This document shows positions 29,308 to 38,553 of a DNA stretch of 64,000 nt, in pieces. The notes under the pieces are model-generated. The model saw nothing but the letters and a program-made list of their open reading frames with translations, ran no database searches and had not been told where the DNA came from. Position 1 is the first letter of the stretch. Every line of letters starts with the position of its first letter. The DNA is from an uncultured delta proteobacterium (GTDB lineage Bacteria > Desulfobacterota > Binatia > JACPRU01): NCBI GenBank assembly GCA_963745025.1, contig CAVUWD010000011.1, forward strand, positions 512,001-576,000, written 5' to 3'. The position numbers were made by a program, and so were the translations under genes.

Positions 29308-30426
29308 ATGGCCACGGTAGATTTCGAGCACGTCGACAAGGCCTACGCGAGCGGTAGCCTCGCCGTCTCCGACTGCAACCTGCACATCGAAGACGGCGAG
29401 CTGATGGTGGTCGTCGGGCCGTCGGGGTGCGGAAAGTCGACGTTGCTCCGGCTCCTCGCCGGCCTCGAGGCCGTGAGCCGCGGCACGCTCCGCATCGGAG
29501 CGCGGGTGGTCAACGATCTCACCCCGCAAGAACGCAACGTGGCGATGGTGTTCCAGGATTACGCGCTGTATCCGCACCGCACGGTCGCGGGAAACCTGGA
29601 GTTCCCGCTGCGCATGCGAAGGCTCGCGCGCGATGAGATTCGCCGCCGCGTCGACTGGGCGGCGAACCTTCTCGGTCTTTCCGAAAAGCTCGCACGACTG
29701 CCGAAGCAGCTCTCGGGCGGCGAGCGCCAGCGAGTGGCCATGGGGCGGGCGCTCGTCCGCGAGCCGACCGTCTTCCTGCTCGACGAGCCGCTCTCGAACC
29801 TCGACGCCAAGCTTCGAGGCGAGATGCGTGCGGAGATCGCCGAGATACAGCAACGAACCGCGACGACGATGATGTACGTGACCCACGACCAGGTCGAAGC
29901 CATGACGCTCGGTCATCGCGTCACCGTGCTCGATCGCGGCCGCGTCCAGCAGATCGCACCACCGCGCGAGCTCTACGAGCGACCGGCGAACGTCTTCGTC
30001 GCCGGGTTCATCGGCAATCCGCCGATGAACCTCTTTCCGACGTCCGTCGCCGCCGACGACCGCGGCCGAACGCTGCTGGCCATCGCCGACCAAGCCGTGG
30101 CGCTCGCCCCGCGGGGCGAGCGAGCGGTCCTGCTCCATGAGCTGAGCGGCCGGCATCTGACGGCGGGCGTGCGCGCGGAGGCGCTACGGCTCGGCCCGAC
30201 CGAAGCCGGCGACGGCTCGATCCGCGGAATCGTCGAGCACACCGAGGCCCTCGGTCACGAGACCTTGACCGCCGTTCGCGTCGGCGACGGCTCCGGCGCG
30301 GCCGGTGGGGTACGCCTCATCGTCCGTCTGCCCGCCATCCAAGAGCTCGCCAAGGGCCGACCGATCGAGCTCTCGATCGACGCCGAGAGCGTCTACCTGT
30401 TCGACGAAGACGGCCGGACGCTCTGA
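29308..30426 (+). CDS. Sugar ABC transporter ATPase (MalK/MsmK/UgpC-like)
   Basis: 'GPSGCGKS', 'LSGGERQR', 'LLDEPLSNLDAKLR'. Confidence 0.95.
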   Translation: MATVDFEHVDKAYASGSLAVSDCNLHIEDGELMVVVGPSGCGKSTLLRLLAGLEAVSRGTLRIGARVVNDLTPQERNVAMVFQDYALYPHRTVAGNLEFPLRMRRLARDEIRRRVDWAANLLGLSEKLARLPKQLSGGERQRVAMGRALVREPTVFLLDEPLSNLDAKLRGEMRAEIAEIQQRTATTMMYVTHDQVEAMTLGHRVTVLDRGRVQQIAPPRELYERPANVFVAGFIGNPPMNLFPTSVAADDRGRTLLAIADQAVALAPRGERAVLLHELSGRHLTAGVRAEALRLGPTEAGDGSIRGIVEHTEALGHETLTAVRVGDGSGAAGGVRLIVRLPAIQELAKGRPIELSIDAESVYLFDEDGRTL

Positions 30427-30490
30427 CCGCGGCAACCTCTGCGCGGCGGTTCTGCTTGGACGGGAAGGCCCGCCCTCGCCGGGCCCACGT

Positions 30491-33400
30491 TCAGCCCCCG
30501 CCCGTGGTCTTGGTCGCGGGTTCGGGCGGAGGCGTCGCTTCCGGGGCGGCGTTGGCGACGGGTGGAGGGGCCGGGGCGGAATCGAGCACCACGTTGGCGG
30601 GGAACTCGCTGATCATCGCCTCGTCCGCCGAGAAGCTCTGGATCGGCCTCCCGTTCACCCGCACCGACTGGAGCGGCCGATCGAGCGGCGGCCGGATGAC
30701 GATGTTGCCCGGCGGCATGCGGAGGTCGCCGGAGAGCTGGAGGCGCAACCGATCCGGGCCATCGCTCTCGAGCGTGTAGCTGAGCACTCCGAAGTACGTC
30801 GGCAATCGCTTGACCCCGACCGGGTGCCCCTCACCGAGCCACGCTCGCGGCACCCCTGCGGCGACGATGAGCGCGTGGTCGAACTCGCGCTCGTACGCGA
30901 ATAGAGTCCGCACCGCACGCACGAAGCTCGCACCCACCCAGGTGTGGGGCATGTCACCGATGAAGCTCGGCATCGTGGAATCTCGCCACACGATCTCTTG
31001 CCATTCGTTCCACCCCGTGGGTCGCTGATTTGCGAGCATGAAATCGAGCACGTCGAAGGCCTGCTGCCGTCGATCCAATCGCACCAGCGCTTCGGCGGTG
31101 CGAACCTCGTAGGGCGCGAACGCGTCCCAACCCTCCTCGCCGTCGCGCCGCTTGCGGAAGAAATCGTAGTACTCGTCGAACGTGCGTCGGAGCCCCGGCT
31201 TCGGCAGGTTTTCGAGCTCGCCCCCGGGATCGAGCGCGATCGCCGTCGAGCTCGGGTCGAAATCACCGAGCTCCACCGAGCCCGGCACGAAATCGATCGC
31301 GTGTTCCTCCATCGTGCGCGAGATCGACGCGTAGAGGTCGTCCCGAAAGGCGTCGCGCAGCTTCGCGAAGCTCTCGGCGTGCTCCTCGTCGTCCATGGCG
31401 ACCGCGAGGTGGGTTGCATCCTTGAAGGCGCGCAGCGCGAAGAAGTCGTCCCAGTACGAGTGGACGGGCCGGGAGGCGTAACCCTCGTGGCTGATCGATG
31501 CCGGCAGCAGGCCGAAGAATGCCTCCTTCCCCGGCGATCGATAGGTCTCCGTGGTGCGCAGACGACGTAGACCATCGAGATATTCGACCCCGCGCACGAC
31601 CCGCGGCCACATCTCGGTGAGGAAGCCGATGTCCCGGGTATAGCGGTAGACTTCTGCGACCCCATAGATGAACTCGCCCGTGCTGTCGTTCTCGGCCACC
31701 GGATCGGCGCCGCGCTGGTCCACGCAGCAGGGAATCTTGCCGTCGGCGAGCTGATACGGGGCGAACCACTCGAAAAACTCGCGCGGCTCCTGCGTGAATC
31801 CCATCTGCAGCAGCGCTGCCGACGTGAGTGCGCCGTCTCGGATCCAGGAGCGGGCATAATTGCGCGGTCCGGGCTGGAGACGAGGGCCGTCCCGATTGAT
31901 GAGGATGTAGGCGAGCGTGCTCTTCAGCACGCGCGCGATCCCCTCGCCTGCGGCGGGCAGCTCGAAGTCGACGTGCGCGAGCCGCCGTTTCCATCGTCGC
32001 CTCGTCTCCTCCAGACGATCGCGCACTTCCTTCGCCGCTTCGGCGGACGGCGGCGTGAACGTGCCGTCGGCATGGAACGGAATGGTCACCGCCACCTCTT
32101 CCTGCGCGCCAGGCGCGAGGTCGAAGGAGTATGACATCGCGGCCGACGCGAAGCCGAAGCGATCCGAGGCTGCGGTCTGCGGCGGAACCTTCCCTTCTTG
32201 CATGAAGTCGCGGATCGAGCCGCTCTCGATCGACGTCGCACCGAATTGCTCGGGGAGCTTGGCGAGGATCACCGGCTTGTCGCGATTGACCCACGCGGCG
32301 CCCGCGTCGTAGCGGATCGTATGGATCGGGGCCACGCCGCCCACCATGTTGAGCGATTGCCAGGGCGGATCGACCTGAAACGGACGAATCGCCAGGAACA
32401 GGCTCACGTGCTGCGGGTGGTCGCGGTGGTTCTCGACGCGATAGAAGGCGTTCAGCGTCGAAGCGCCGCGCTCGCCGGCGGCGAACGTCGTGACGTCGAG
32501 GCCGATCTGGTCGAAGTCCCAGTGGACGGACGGGATCGGCAGGTATCCTTCGTCGAGCGATTGACTCGTCCGCGCATGGCTCCAATCGACGAGCGTTCCG
32601 TCCACGTAGAGGTAAGGCTCGATCGAGAAGCCTCCCTTCTCCACTTCCAGCATGCCTTCTTCGTTCAGCAGCGCGTTCTTGTCGTCGCCGTCCACTCCGA
32701 CGACCGTCCAGTACGTTTGCTTGCCGTAGAAATATTTCGGATAGGCTCCGGGCGGCGATTCGGCGGCGAGTGCGCGGAAGAATTGATTCGGCGTATCGGA
32801 GAACTCCAGCGCGAGGATCGAGACGGCGACGATGCCGTAGCCGTGCCCTCGGCTCGACTGCCCGAGGTTGATCCGCACGTAGCGTGATTCGGCGTCCGGC
32901 ATGTAGGCATATTCGCGCCCCCCCCTGCCGCTCGCGGCGATGTATGCCGCCTTCCAGTTCTCGCCGTCGTCGGACACCTCCACGCGGTACGCGGTCGCGT
33001 AATCCAGCGGATCCCAGTCGATTCTGAGGCCTCCGTAGTCGCGCTGGCGGACGAAATCGATCTGTAGCCATTGCTCCTCGGGAGAGGGCTCGCTTCGCCA
33101 GCTGGTTTCCGCGCTGTCGTCGAGCGCCCGCTCCGGCTCGTGATCGGCGACAGAGCTCGACGCGCGCACCTTCGCGGTGCGGCGATATTGGCTGGCCGGC
33201 TCGCGCTCCTCGAACTGGAAATCGTCGATCCACACCGACCCTTTGCCGCCGTTGCCGCTGGAGATCGCGAACTCGACCGCGCCCACGCGCTTCGGCGCCG
33301 CCGGGGCGCCCCAAGCGAGCGTGATCCTCGTCTTGCGGATCGTCACCTGCTGCCATTCGGTGGGGAACGCGAAGTCGCGTTGGACCCTCCACCATACGTT

Positions 33401-33757
33401 CTTGCCGGAAGGGTCGACCAGCTTGAATTCGAAGTTGTTGCGCGGCGTCTCGCCGCGCAGCTGGAACGTGAAGGCGTAGTTCTCCGGCATCGTCAGGTCG
33501 ATGTCCCTGCGGACGATGACGAAGCCGCCGTTCTTCGGGAGGTCGAAGTCGATGCGCATCGCCATGCCGGCATGGCCGGCGTCCGAAACGATCTGGACGG
33601 TGGCTCCCTCCGACGTCGTCGCCGTCCAGCCGCTGAGCTGCTCGAAGTCGTCGAGCATCGTCTGGGCAATGACCGAATCGCTTCCCATCAGGGCAGCAAC
33701 GAGCACGAGCGCGAGCCCGAATCTCCGTCGCGCCGACGTCGTCAGCTTCATCCGCAC
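30491..33757 (-). CDS. Secreted CBM-like + discoidin (F5/8 C) + six-hairpin glycosidase-like protein
   Basis: Signal peptide; 'ALDD..TSWRS..EQWLQIDF' discoidin; 'YARSWIRDG', 'HSYWDDFF', 'GDMPHTW'. Confidence 0.82.
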   Translation of the reverse strand: MRMKLTTSARRRFGLALVLVAALMGSDSVIAQTMLDDFEQLSGWTATTSEGATVQIVSDAGHAGMAMRIDFDLPKNGGFVIVRRDIDLTMPENYAFTFQLRGETPRNNFEFKLVDPSGKNVWWRVQRDFAFPTEWQQVTIRKTRITLAWGAPAAPKRVGAVEFAISSGNGGKGSVWIDDFQFEEREPASQYRRTAKVRASSSVADHEPERALDDSAETSWRSEPSPEEQWLQIDFVRQRDYGGLRIDWDPLDYATAYRVEVSDDGENWKAAYIAASGRGGREYAYMPDAESRYVRINLGQSSRGHGYGIVAVSILALEFSDTPNQFFRALAAESPPGAYPKYFYGKQTYWTVVGVDGDDKNALLNEEGMLEVEKGGFSIEPYLYVDGTLVDWSHARTSQSLDEGYLPIPSVHWDFDQIGLDVTTFAAGERGASTLNAFYRVENHRDHPQHVSLFLAIRPFQVDPPWQSLNMVGGVAPIHTIRYDAGAAWVNRDKPVILAKLPEQFGATSIESGSIRDFMQEGKVPPQTAASDRFGFASAAMSYSFDLAPGAQEEVAVTIPFHADGTFTPPSAEAAKEVRDRLEETRRRWKRRLAHVDFELPAAGEGIARVLKSTLAYILINRDGPRLQPGPRNYARSWIRDGALTSAALLQMGFTQEPREFFEWFAPYQLADGKIPCCVDQRGADPVAENDSTGEFIYGVAEVYRYTRDIGFLTEMWPRVVRGVEYLDGLRRLRTTETYRSPGKEAFFGLLPASISHEGYASRPVHSYWDDFFALRAFKDATHLAVAMDDEEHAESFAKLRDAFRDDLYASISRTMEEHAIDFVPGSVELGDFDPSSTAIALDPGGELENLPKPGLRRTFDEYYDFFRKRRDGEEGWDAFAPYEVRTAEALVRLDRRQQAFDVLDFMLANQRPTGWNEWQEIVWRDSTMPSFIGDMPHTWVGASFVRAVRTLFAYEREFDHALIVAAGVPRAWLGEGHPVGVKRLPTYFGVLSYTLESDGPDRLRLQLSGDLRMPPGNIVIRPPLDRPLQSVRVNGRPIQSFSADEAMISEFPANVVLDSAPAPPPVANAAPEATPPPEPATKTTGGG

Positions 33758-33775
33758 CTACCCCCCTCGCCCCAC

Positions 33776-34597
33776 CTACTCCTTCAGCGCTCCGCTCATG
33801 ATCCCGGCGATGTAATATCGCTGGAGTGCTACGAACAGCCCCAAAACCGGCAGCACCGTGAGCACCGAGCCGGCCATCATCAGCTCGGTGTCCTGCACGT
33901 GCTCGCCGAGCAGGTTCGCGAGCGCGACCGGCAACGTGTAGAGGTCGTCGTCGGCGAGCACGATCAGCGGCCAGAGAAAGTCGTTCCACGTGCCGAGAAA
34001 TGTGAAGACGGCGAGCGTCACCAGTACCGGCCGGCAGAACGGCAGCACCAGCGACCAGTAGATGCGGAACTCGCCGGCGCCGTCGATGCGTGCGGCGTCG
34101 AGCAAGCTCTCCGGGATCGACAGCGCGAACTGGCGGACCAGGAAGATCCCGAACACGCTGGCCATGCCCGGGATGATCACCCCCCAGTAGGTATTGACCA
34201 GGCCGAGCTGCTTGAGCATCAGGAAGAGCGGCAGCATCGAGACCTGCGCGGGAATCACCAGCGCGGCGAGCAGCGCGCCGAAGAGGCGCTCGCGCCCCGG
34301 GAAGCGCAACTTGGCGAACGCGTAGCCCGCCATGGAGTTCAGCAGGAGCGAGATGGCGGTCGTCGCCGAGGCGAGCAGCGTGCTGCTCAGCGCGTGACGT
34401 ACGAGGTTCATGCGCGTGACCAGATCGCGGTAATGATCGAGCGTGAACCGACTCGGCAGCAGGCGCGGAGGCACCGCCGTCGCCTCGCCGGTCGGCATGA
34501 ACGACGCCGAAACCATCCAGGCGAGCGGCGAGAGCGTCAGCACGACCCCGATCCCGAGCAGGGCATAGAGCCCCATGACGGTGAGGATCCGCTTCAT
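33776..34597 (-). CDS. Carbohydrate ABC permease (MalG-like)
   Basis: 'LLDAARIDGA' EAA loop, 'WNDFLWPL'. Confidence 0.93.
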   Translation of the reverse strand: MKRILTVMGLYALLGIGVVLTLSPLAWMVSASFMPTGEATAVPPRLLPSRFTLDHYRDLVTRMNLVRHALSSTLLASATTAISLLLNSMAGYAFAKLRFPGRERLFGALLAALVIPAQVSMLPLFLMLKQLGLVNTYWGVIIPGMASVFGIFLVRQFALSIPESLLDAARIDGAGEFRIYWSLVLPFCRPVLVTLAVFTFLGTWNDFLWPLIVLADDDLYTLPVALANLLGEHVQDTELMMAGSVLTVLPVLGLFVALQRYYIAGIMSGALKE

Positions 34598-35484
34598 CGG
34601 AGCCTCGTCTGCACGAGCGTCAGGCAAAGGATGATCACGAACAGAACGAACGCGAGGGCGGCGGCGTATCCCATGTTCCACCACCGAAAGCCCTGCTCGT
34701 ACATCAGCAGCACGATGCTGAGCGTGCGGTTCGCCGGTCCGCCCTGCGTCATCACGTAAGGCTCGGCGAAGAGCTGGAAGTAGCCGATCAGCGTGATCAC
34801 GCTGACGAAGAGAAACGTCGGCGCCAGCAGCGGCAGCGTGACGTGGCGGAATTGCTGGAGGAAGCTCGCCCCGTCGAGGCGCGCCGCCTCGTAGAGGCTC
34901 TCGGGAATGCTTTGCAGCGCGGCGATGAAGACGATCATGTTGAAGCCGAAATTCTTCCACGCCGCCATCAGGATGATCGACGGCATCGCCCAGCGCGGGT
35001 CGCCCAGCCAATCGATCGGGCCGACGCCGAGCAGGCCGAGCCCTTGGTTCAAGAGACCGAATCGCGGGTGATAGACGTAACGCCAGACGACGGCGACGGC
35101 GACCAGCGTGGTGACGACCGGCAGAAAGAAGAGCGTGCGGAAGAGGCCTTTGAAGCGCACGAGCCGCGCGTTGACGAGCAACGCCGCGCCGAGCGACACT
35201 CCCATCGACAACGGCGCCCCCACCGCCACGAAGTAGAGGGTGTTCTCGAGCGCGATCCAGAAGAGTGGGTCGCGAAGTAGTCGCGAGTAGTTGCCGAACG
35301 CGACGAAGCGCAGGTTTCGCCAGCTCGCGACCGCGTAGATGTCGAAGTCGGTGAAGCTGAGGAGCACCGCGCCAGCCACCGGCAAAAAGAAGAACGTCAC
35401 GATCGCGCACAGCGCCGGCGCGACGAACGCGATCCCGGGGCTCACGCGGAAGGGCGCGGAGGTTCGCTCGGCGGCCGCCGTCAT
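34594..35484 (-). CDS. Carbohydrate ABC permease (MalF-like)
   Basis: 'LYEAARLDGA..FRHVTLPLL', 'MTQGGP'. Confidence 0.93.
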   Translation of the reverse strand: MTAAAERTSAPFRVSPGIAFVAPALCAIVTFFFLPVAGAVLLSFTDFDIYAVASWRNLRFVAFGNYSRLLRDPLFWIALENTLYFVAVGAPLSMGVSLGAALLVNARLVRFKGLFRTLFFLPVVTTLVAVAVVWRYVYHPRFGLLNQGLGLLGVGPIDWLGDPRWAMPSIILMAAWKNFGFNMIVFIAALQSIPESLYEAARLDGASFLQQFRHVTLPLLAPTFLFVSVITLIGYFQLFAEPYVMTQGGPANRTLSIVLLMYEQGFRWWNMGYAAALAFVLFVIILCLTLVQTRLR

Positions 35485-36779
35485 GAGGGAAGGCGCTCTC
35501 CGCGCTCGATCAGCCAGCGCCGCTTCTCGAGCATCGCATCGACGTTCCGATCGAGCGCCGCGAGCGCCTCGTCGATCGTCACCTGCCCGCGGATCGCGGC
35601 TTCGGCATGGCGGGTGATCTCGTCGGCAATGCGCTCCCACTCGGGGATCTTCGGCGTGGGGCGAACGTGGTCGAGCTGAATCCGAAACGCCCGCGTCTGC
35701 TCGTCGCCCGCCGGTCCCTCCTCGGTCCAAGCGCTCTTCCTCGAAGGCAGATCGCCGGTGAGGCGGTAGAGCGCGATCTGCTGGGCCGGCTCGCTCAGGT
35801 ATTCGAGCCACTGCCACGCGGCATCCTTGCGGGGCGAGCCGCGGAACATGGCTAGGCTCGCCCCGCCGGCGAGCGAAACGCCGGGATAGCGCTGGTCCGG
35901 CGCCGGCCACGGGGCCGTCGCCCATGTCACGGATGCCGGCAGCCGTTCGCGGAACTCGCCGATGTTCCAGGGCCCGCTCACGTAGAAGACAAAGGCGCCG
36001 CGCGCAAAGTCCTGGTAGAGGTTCGCGACCTGGGTTTGCGTCGCCAGCGGCGCCAGCCCGCGGCGGAAGAGATCGACGTAGAACGTGAACGCCGCGCGGA
36101 ACGCGGCGCTCTCGAAGTCGCCGTAGGTGTCGCGGTCGCGAAGCAGGTCAGCGCCGAGCTGGAGCGCGAGGATGACCAGCGGCTGCCATTCGTTCACCGG
36201 CAGTAGCGCCGGAAAGTCGCCGGGAGCCGCCCGCTCCTTCACCCGCGTCATCGCGTCGACCCAGGCCCTCCAGTTGCGCGGGGCCGCGGGGTAGCCGGCC
36301 CCCTCGAGCAGATCGCTGCGATAGAAGAGCAGCCGGGTGTCGACGTACCAGGGGAGCCCGTAGGTAGCGCGCTCGATCACGCTCGTGTCGAGGATGCCCG
36401 GGAAGTAGTCCGCGACCGCGACCACGGGCGAGCTCTGCATCCGCCGGTCGAGCGGCTCGATCGCATTCAGCGCGACGAATTCGGGGATCCACGTGTTGCC
36501 GACCTGGAAGACGTCGGGCATCGCCTCGCCGACGTACGCGGTGAGCAGCTTCTCGTGCGCCGCGCTCCACGGAATCTGTTGCACGCGCAGGCGAATCCCC
36601 GGGTGACGGCGCTCAAAGTCGGGAATCATGCGCTGCACGACCTCACCCTCGCGCCCGAGCGCCCAGAATTCGACGACGGTCGTGGCGGACGGCTCGGACC
36701 GGCAACCCAGGGTGAGCACGGCCAGGGACGCGAGTGCCAGGATCTTCCGCCACGCTCGGCTGTCCCTTGCGAATCGCGT
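35481..36779 (-). CDS. Sugar ABC substrate-binding lipoprotein (start inferred at ACG 36779; first canonical start GTG 36719)
   Basis: Lipobox 'LTLGC'; 'LPWYVDTRLLFYRSDL'; RBS GGAGGAGG 5 nt before ACG. Confidence 0.88.
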   Translation of the reverse strand, partial: TRFARDSRAWRKILALASLAVLTLGCRSEPSATTVVEFWALGREGEVVQRMIPDFERRHPGIRLRVQQIPWSAAHEKLLTAYVGEAMPDVFQVGNTWIPEFVALNAIEPLDRRMQSSPVVAVADYFPGILDTSVIERATYGLPWYVDTRLLFYRSDLLEGAGYPAAPRNWRAWVDAMTRVKERAAPGDFPALLPVNEWQPLVILALQLGADLLRDRDTYGDFESAAFRAAFTFYVDLFRRGLAPLATQTQVANLYQDFARGAFVFYVSGPWNIGEFRERLPASVTWATAPWPAPDQRYPGVSLAGGASLAMFRGSPRKDAAWQWLEYLSEPAQQIALYRLTGDLPSRKSAWTEEGPAGDEQTRAFRIQLDHVRPTPKIPEWERIADEITRHAEAAIRGQVTIDEALAALDRNVDAMLEKRRWLIERGERLPS

Positions 36780-37155
36780 TTCGGCCTCCTCCCGACGAAC
36801 CTCGCCAACACCCTCGAACCCGAGGTCGATCGATCTCTTCTTCGAAGCTAAAGCATTCGACCCCCTGCCGAAAGCGCTCCGGGGGTGGGGAATCCAGATC
36901 GCCCACGGAAACCCGCGCCCGCGGCGCCTGTTGGAAGTATAGATTCGCCATCCCGATCTGCGGTTTTCGGAGGCCGGGAGTCGGATGACCTTGGTCCGAA
37001 ATTCCTACCTCGCTTCCCCGATCGGAAATCCGCGCGGGTCCTCGGTGCGTGCTCCTCCGCTCCCGTACGGATCGGCCCGCAGCCGCATCGGTGCCGCCAA
37101 CGTCCTCCACGGCCGGATCTAGCAAACCACAGCCTGACGGTGGGAGACTGGCGTC

Positions 37156-38418
37156 GTGTCCGACATGAAAAAGCCCTTTGGCCCGTTCAGCCGTCTCTGC
37201 CATCTGCCCGGCGATCTCGAGTCCGTGACCGTTCGTGGCGAAGAGGCGGACCCCCGTGAGAGCGGAATCTCACCCGAGGCCGTCGAGCGGCTGTGGCATG
37301 CGGCGCAGGCTCTCTACCGGAGCGGCCTCCATCCCGCGCTGCAGATCTGCATCCGTCGCGAAGGTCGCGTCGTTCTCCACCGTGCGATCGGCCACGCGCG
37401 CGGAAACGATCCCGACGATCCGCCGAGCGCGGCGAAGACGCCGATCCAGCTCGACACGCCGTTCATCCTCTACTCGGCATCGAAGGGCGTGACGGCATTC
37501 CTGATCTTGAAGCTCGACGAGCTCGGCATTCTGCACGTCGAGGATCGCGTCGCGGATTACCTCCCCGAGTTTGCGAAGCACGGCAAGGACGTCATCACGA
37601 TCCGTCACGTCCTCAGCCACCGGGCCGGCGTTCCGAGCGTGCCGCCGGGCGCCGACTTCCTGAGCGATCCGGAGCGCGCGCTCGAGATGCTCTGCGACCT
37701 CCGCCCCGTGTCACGGCCGGGGCGATTGCTCGCGTACCACGCCGTCTCGGGCGGCTACGTGCTCGGCGCCGTCGTGCGCCGCGCCACCGGCGAGGACGCG
37801 CGCGTCGCGCTTCGCAAGCACATCGCGGAGCCGCTCGGGCTTCGCTGGTTGAGCTACGGCGTCCGGCCCGAAGAGGTCGAGGCGATCGCCTACGATTCGT
37901 TCACCGGACCGCCGGTCCTGCCGCCCGTTTCGTGGCTCGTCGAGCGAGCCCTCGGCGACAGCGCCGACGGCGTGGTCCGCACCGCCAATGGCCGCGCGTT
38001 TCGCACCGCCATCGTGCCCGCCGGCAACGTGGTGACGACCGCCGACGAGCTCTCGCGGCTCTACATGTGTCTGGCCAACGACGGCACGCTCGATGGCTCG
38101 CGCTTCTTCGATCGCAAAACGATTCGACGCGCGACCTCCGAGCAGAGCTACTACGAGATCGATTTCACGCTCGGTGCACCGGCTCGTTGGGGACTCGGCA
38201 TCATGCTCGGCGGACCCGTCAGTCTGTTCGGCCTCGGTACGCACCACGCGTTCGGCCACCTCGGCTTCACGAACATTCTCGGCTGGGGAGACCCCGAGCG
38301 GCGTATCGGAGTTGCGATCCTGAATAGCGGAAAGCCGATGCTGAGCCTCGGCGCGCTGCCGCTCGCAAATCTGATCCTGCAGATCAGCCAGACGTTTCGG
38401 AAGGTGGGGCCCGGCTGA
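37156..38418 (+). CDS. Serine hydrolase, beta-lactamase class C / esterase family
   Basis: SxxK 'SASK', 'LSHRAG', 'AYH', 'FGHLG'. Confidence 0.9.
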   Translation: MSDMKKPFGPFSRLCHLPGDLESVTVRGEEADPRESGISPEAVERLWHAAQALYRSGLHPALQICIRREGRVVLHRAIGHARGNDPDDPPSAAKTPIQLDTPFILYSASKGVTAFLILKLDELGILHVEDRVADYLPEFAKHGKDVITIRHVLSHRAGVPSVPPGADFLSDPERALEMLCDLRPVSRPGRLLAYHAVSGGYVLGAVVRRATGEDARVALRKHIAEPLGLRWLSYGVRPEEVEAIAYDSFTGPPVLPPVSWLVERALGDSADGVVRTANGRAFRTAIVPAGNVVTTADELSRLYMCLANDGTLDGSRFFDRKTIRRATSEQSYYEIDFTLGAPARWGLGIMLGGPVSLFGLGTHHAFGHLGFTNILGWGDPERRIGVAILNSGKPMLSLGALPLANLILQISQTFRKVGPG

Positions 38419-38553
38419 GCGAGGCCGCTCTCCGCGACACGCCCCCCTGCGGGTTCGACAGTCCGGGAGGGGGAAGCCCAAATGCCTCGCGAAGGACGAT
38501 CGTTGTCCGTTCTACGATCGGCACTCGTGCGCGCGGGCGGTTGCGCGACGATG

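Noticed and set aside
31263-33989. Long alternative-frame or antisense ORFs (also 23940-25511, 27184-28923, 38632-40248, 49759-51300, 51546-53378)
   Set aside because: Arg/Ala/Gly-rich shadow ORFs typical of high-GC DNA, overlapping well-supported genes.
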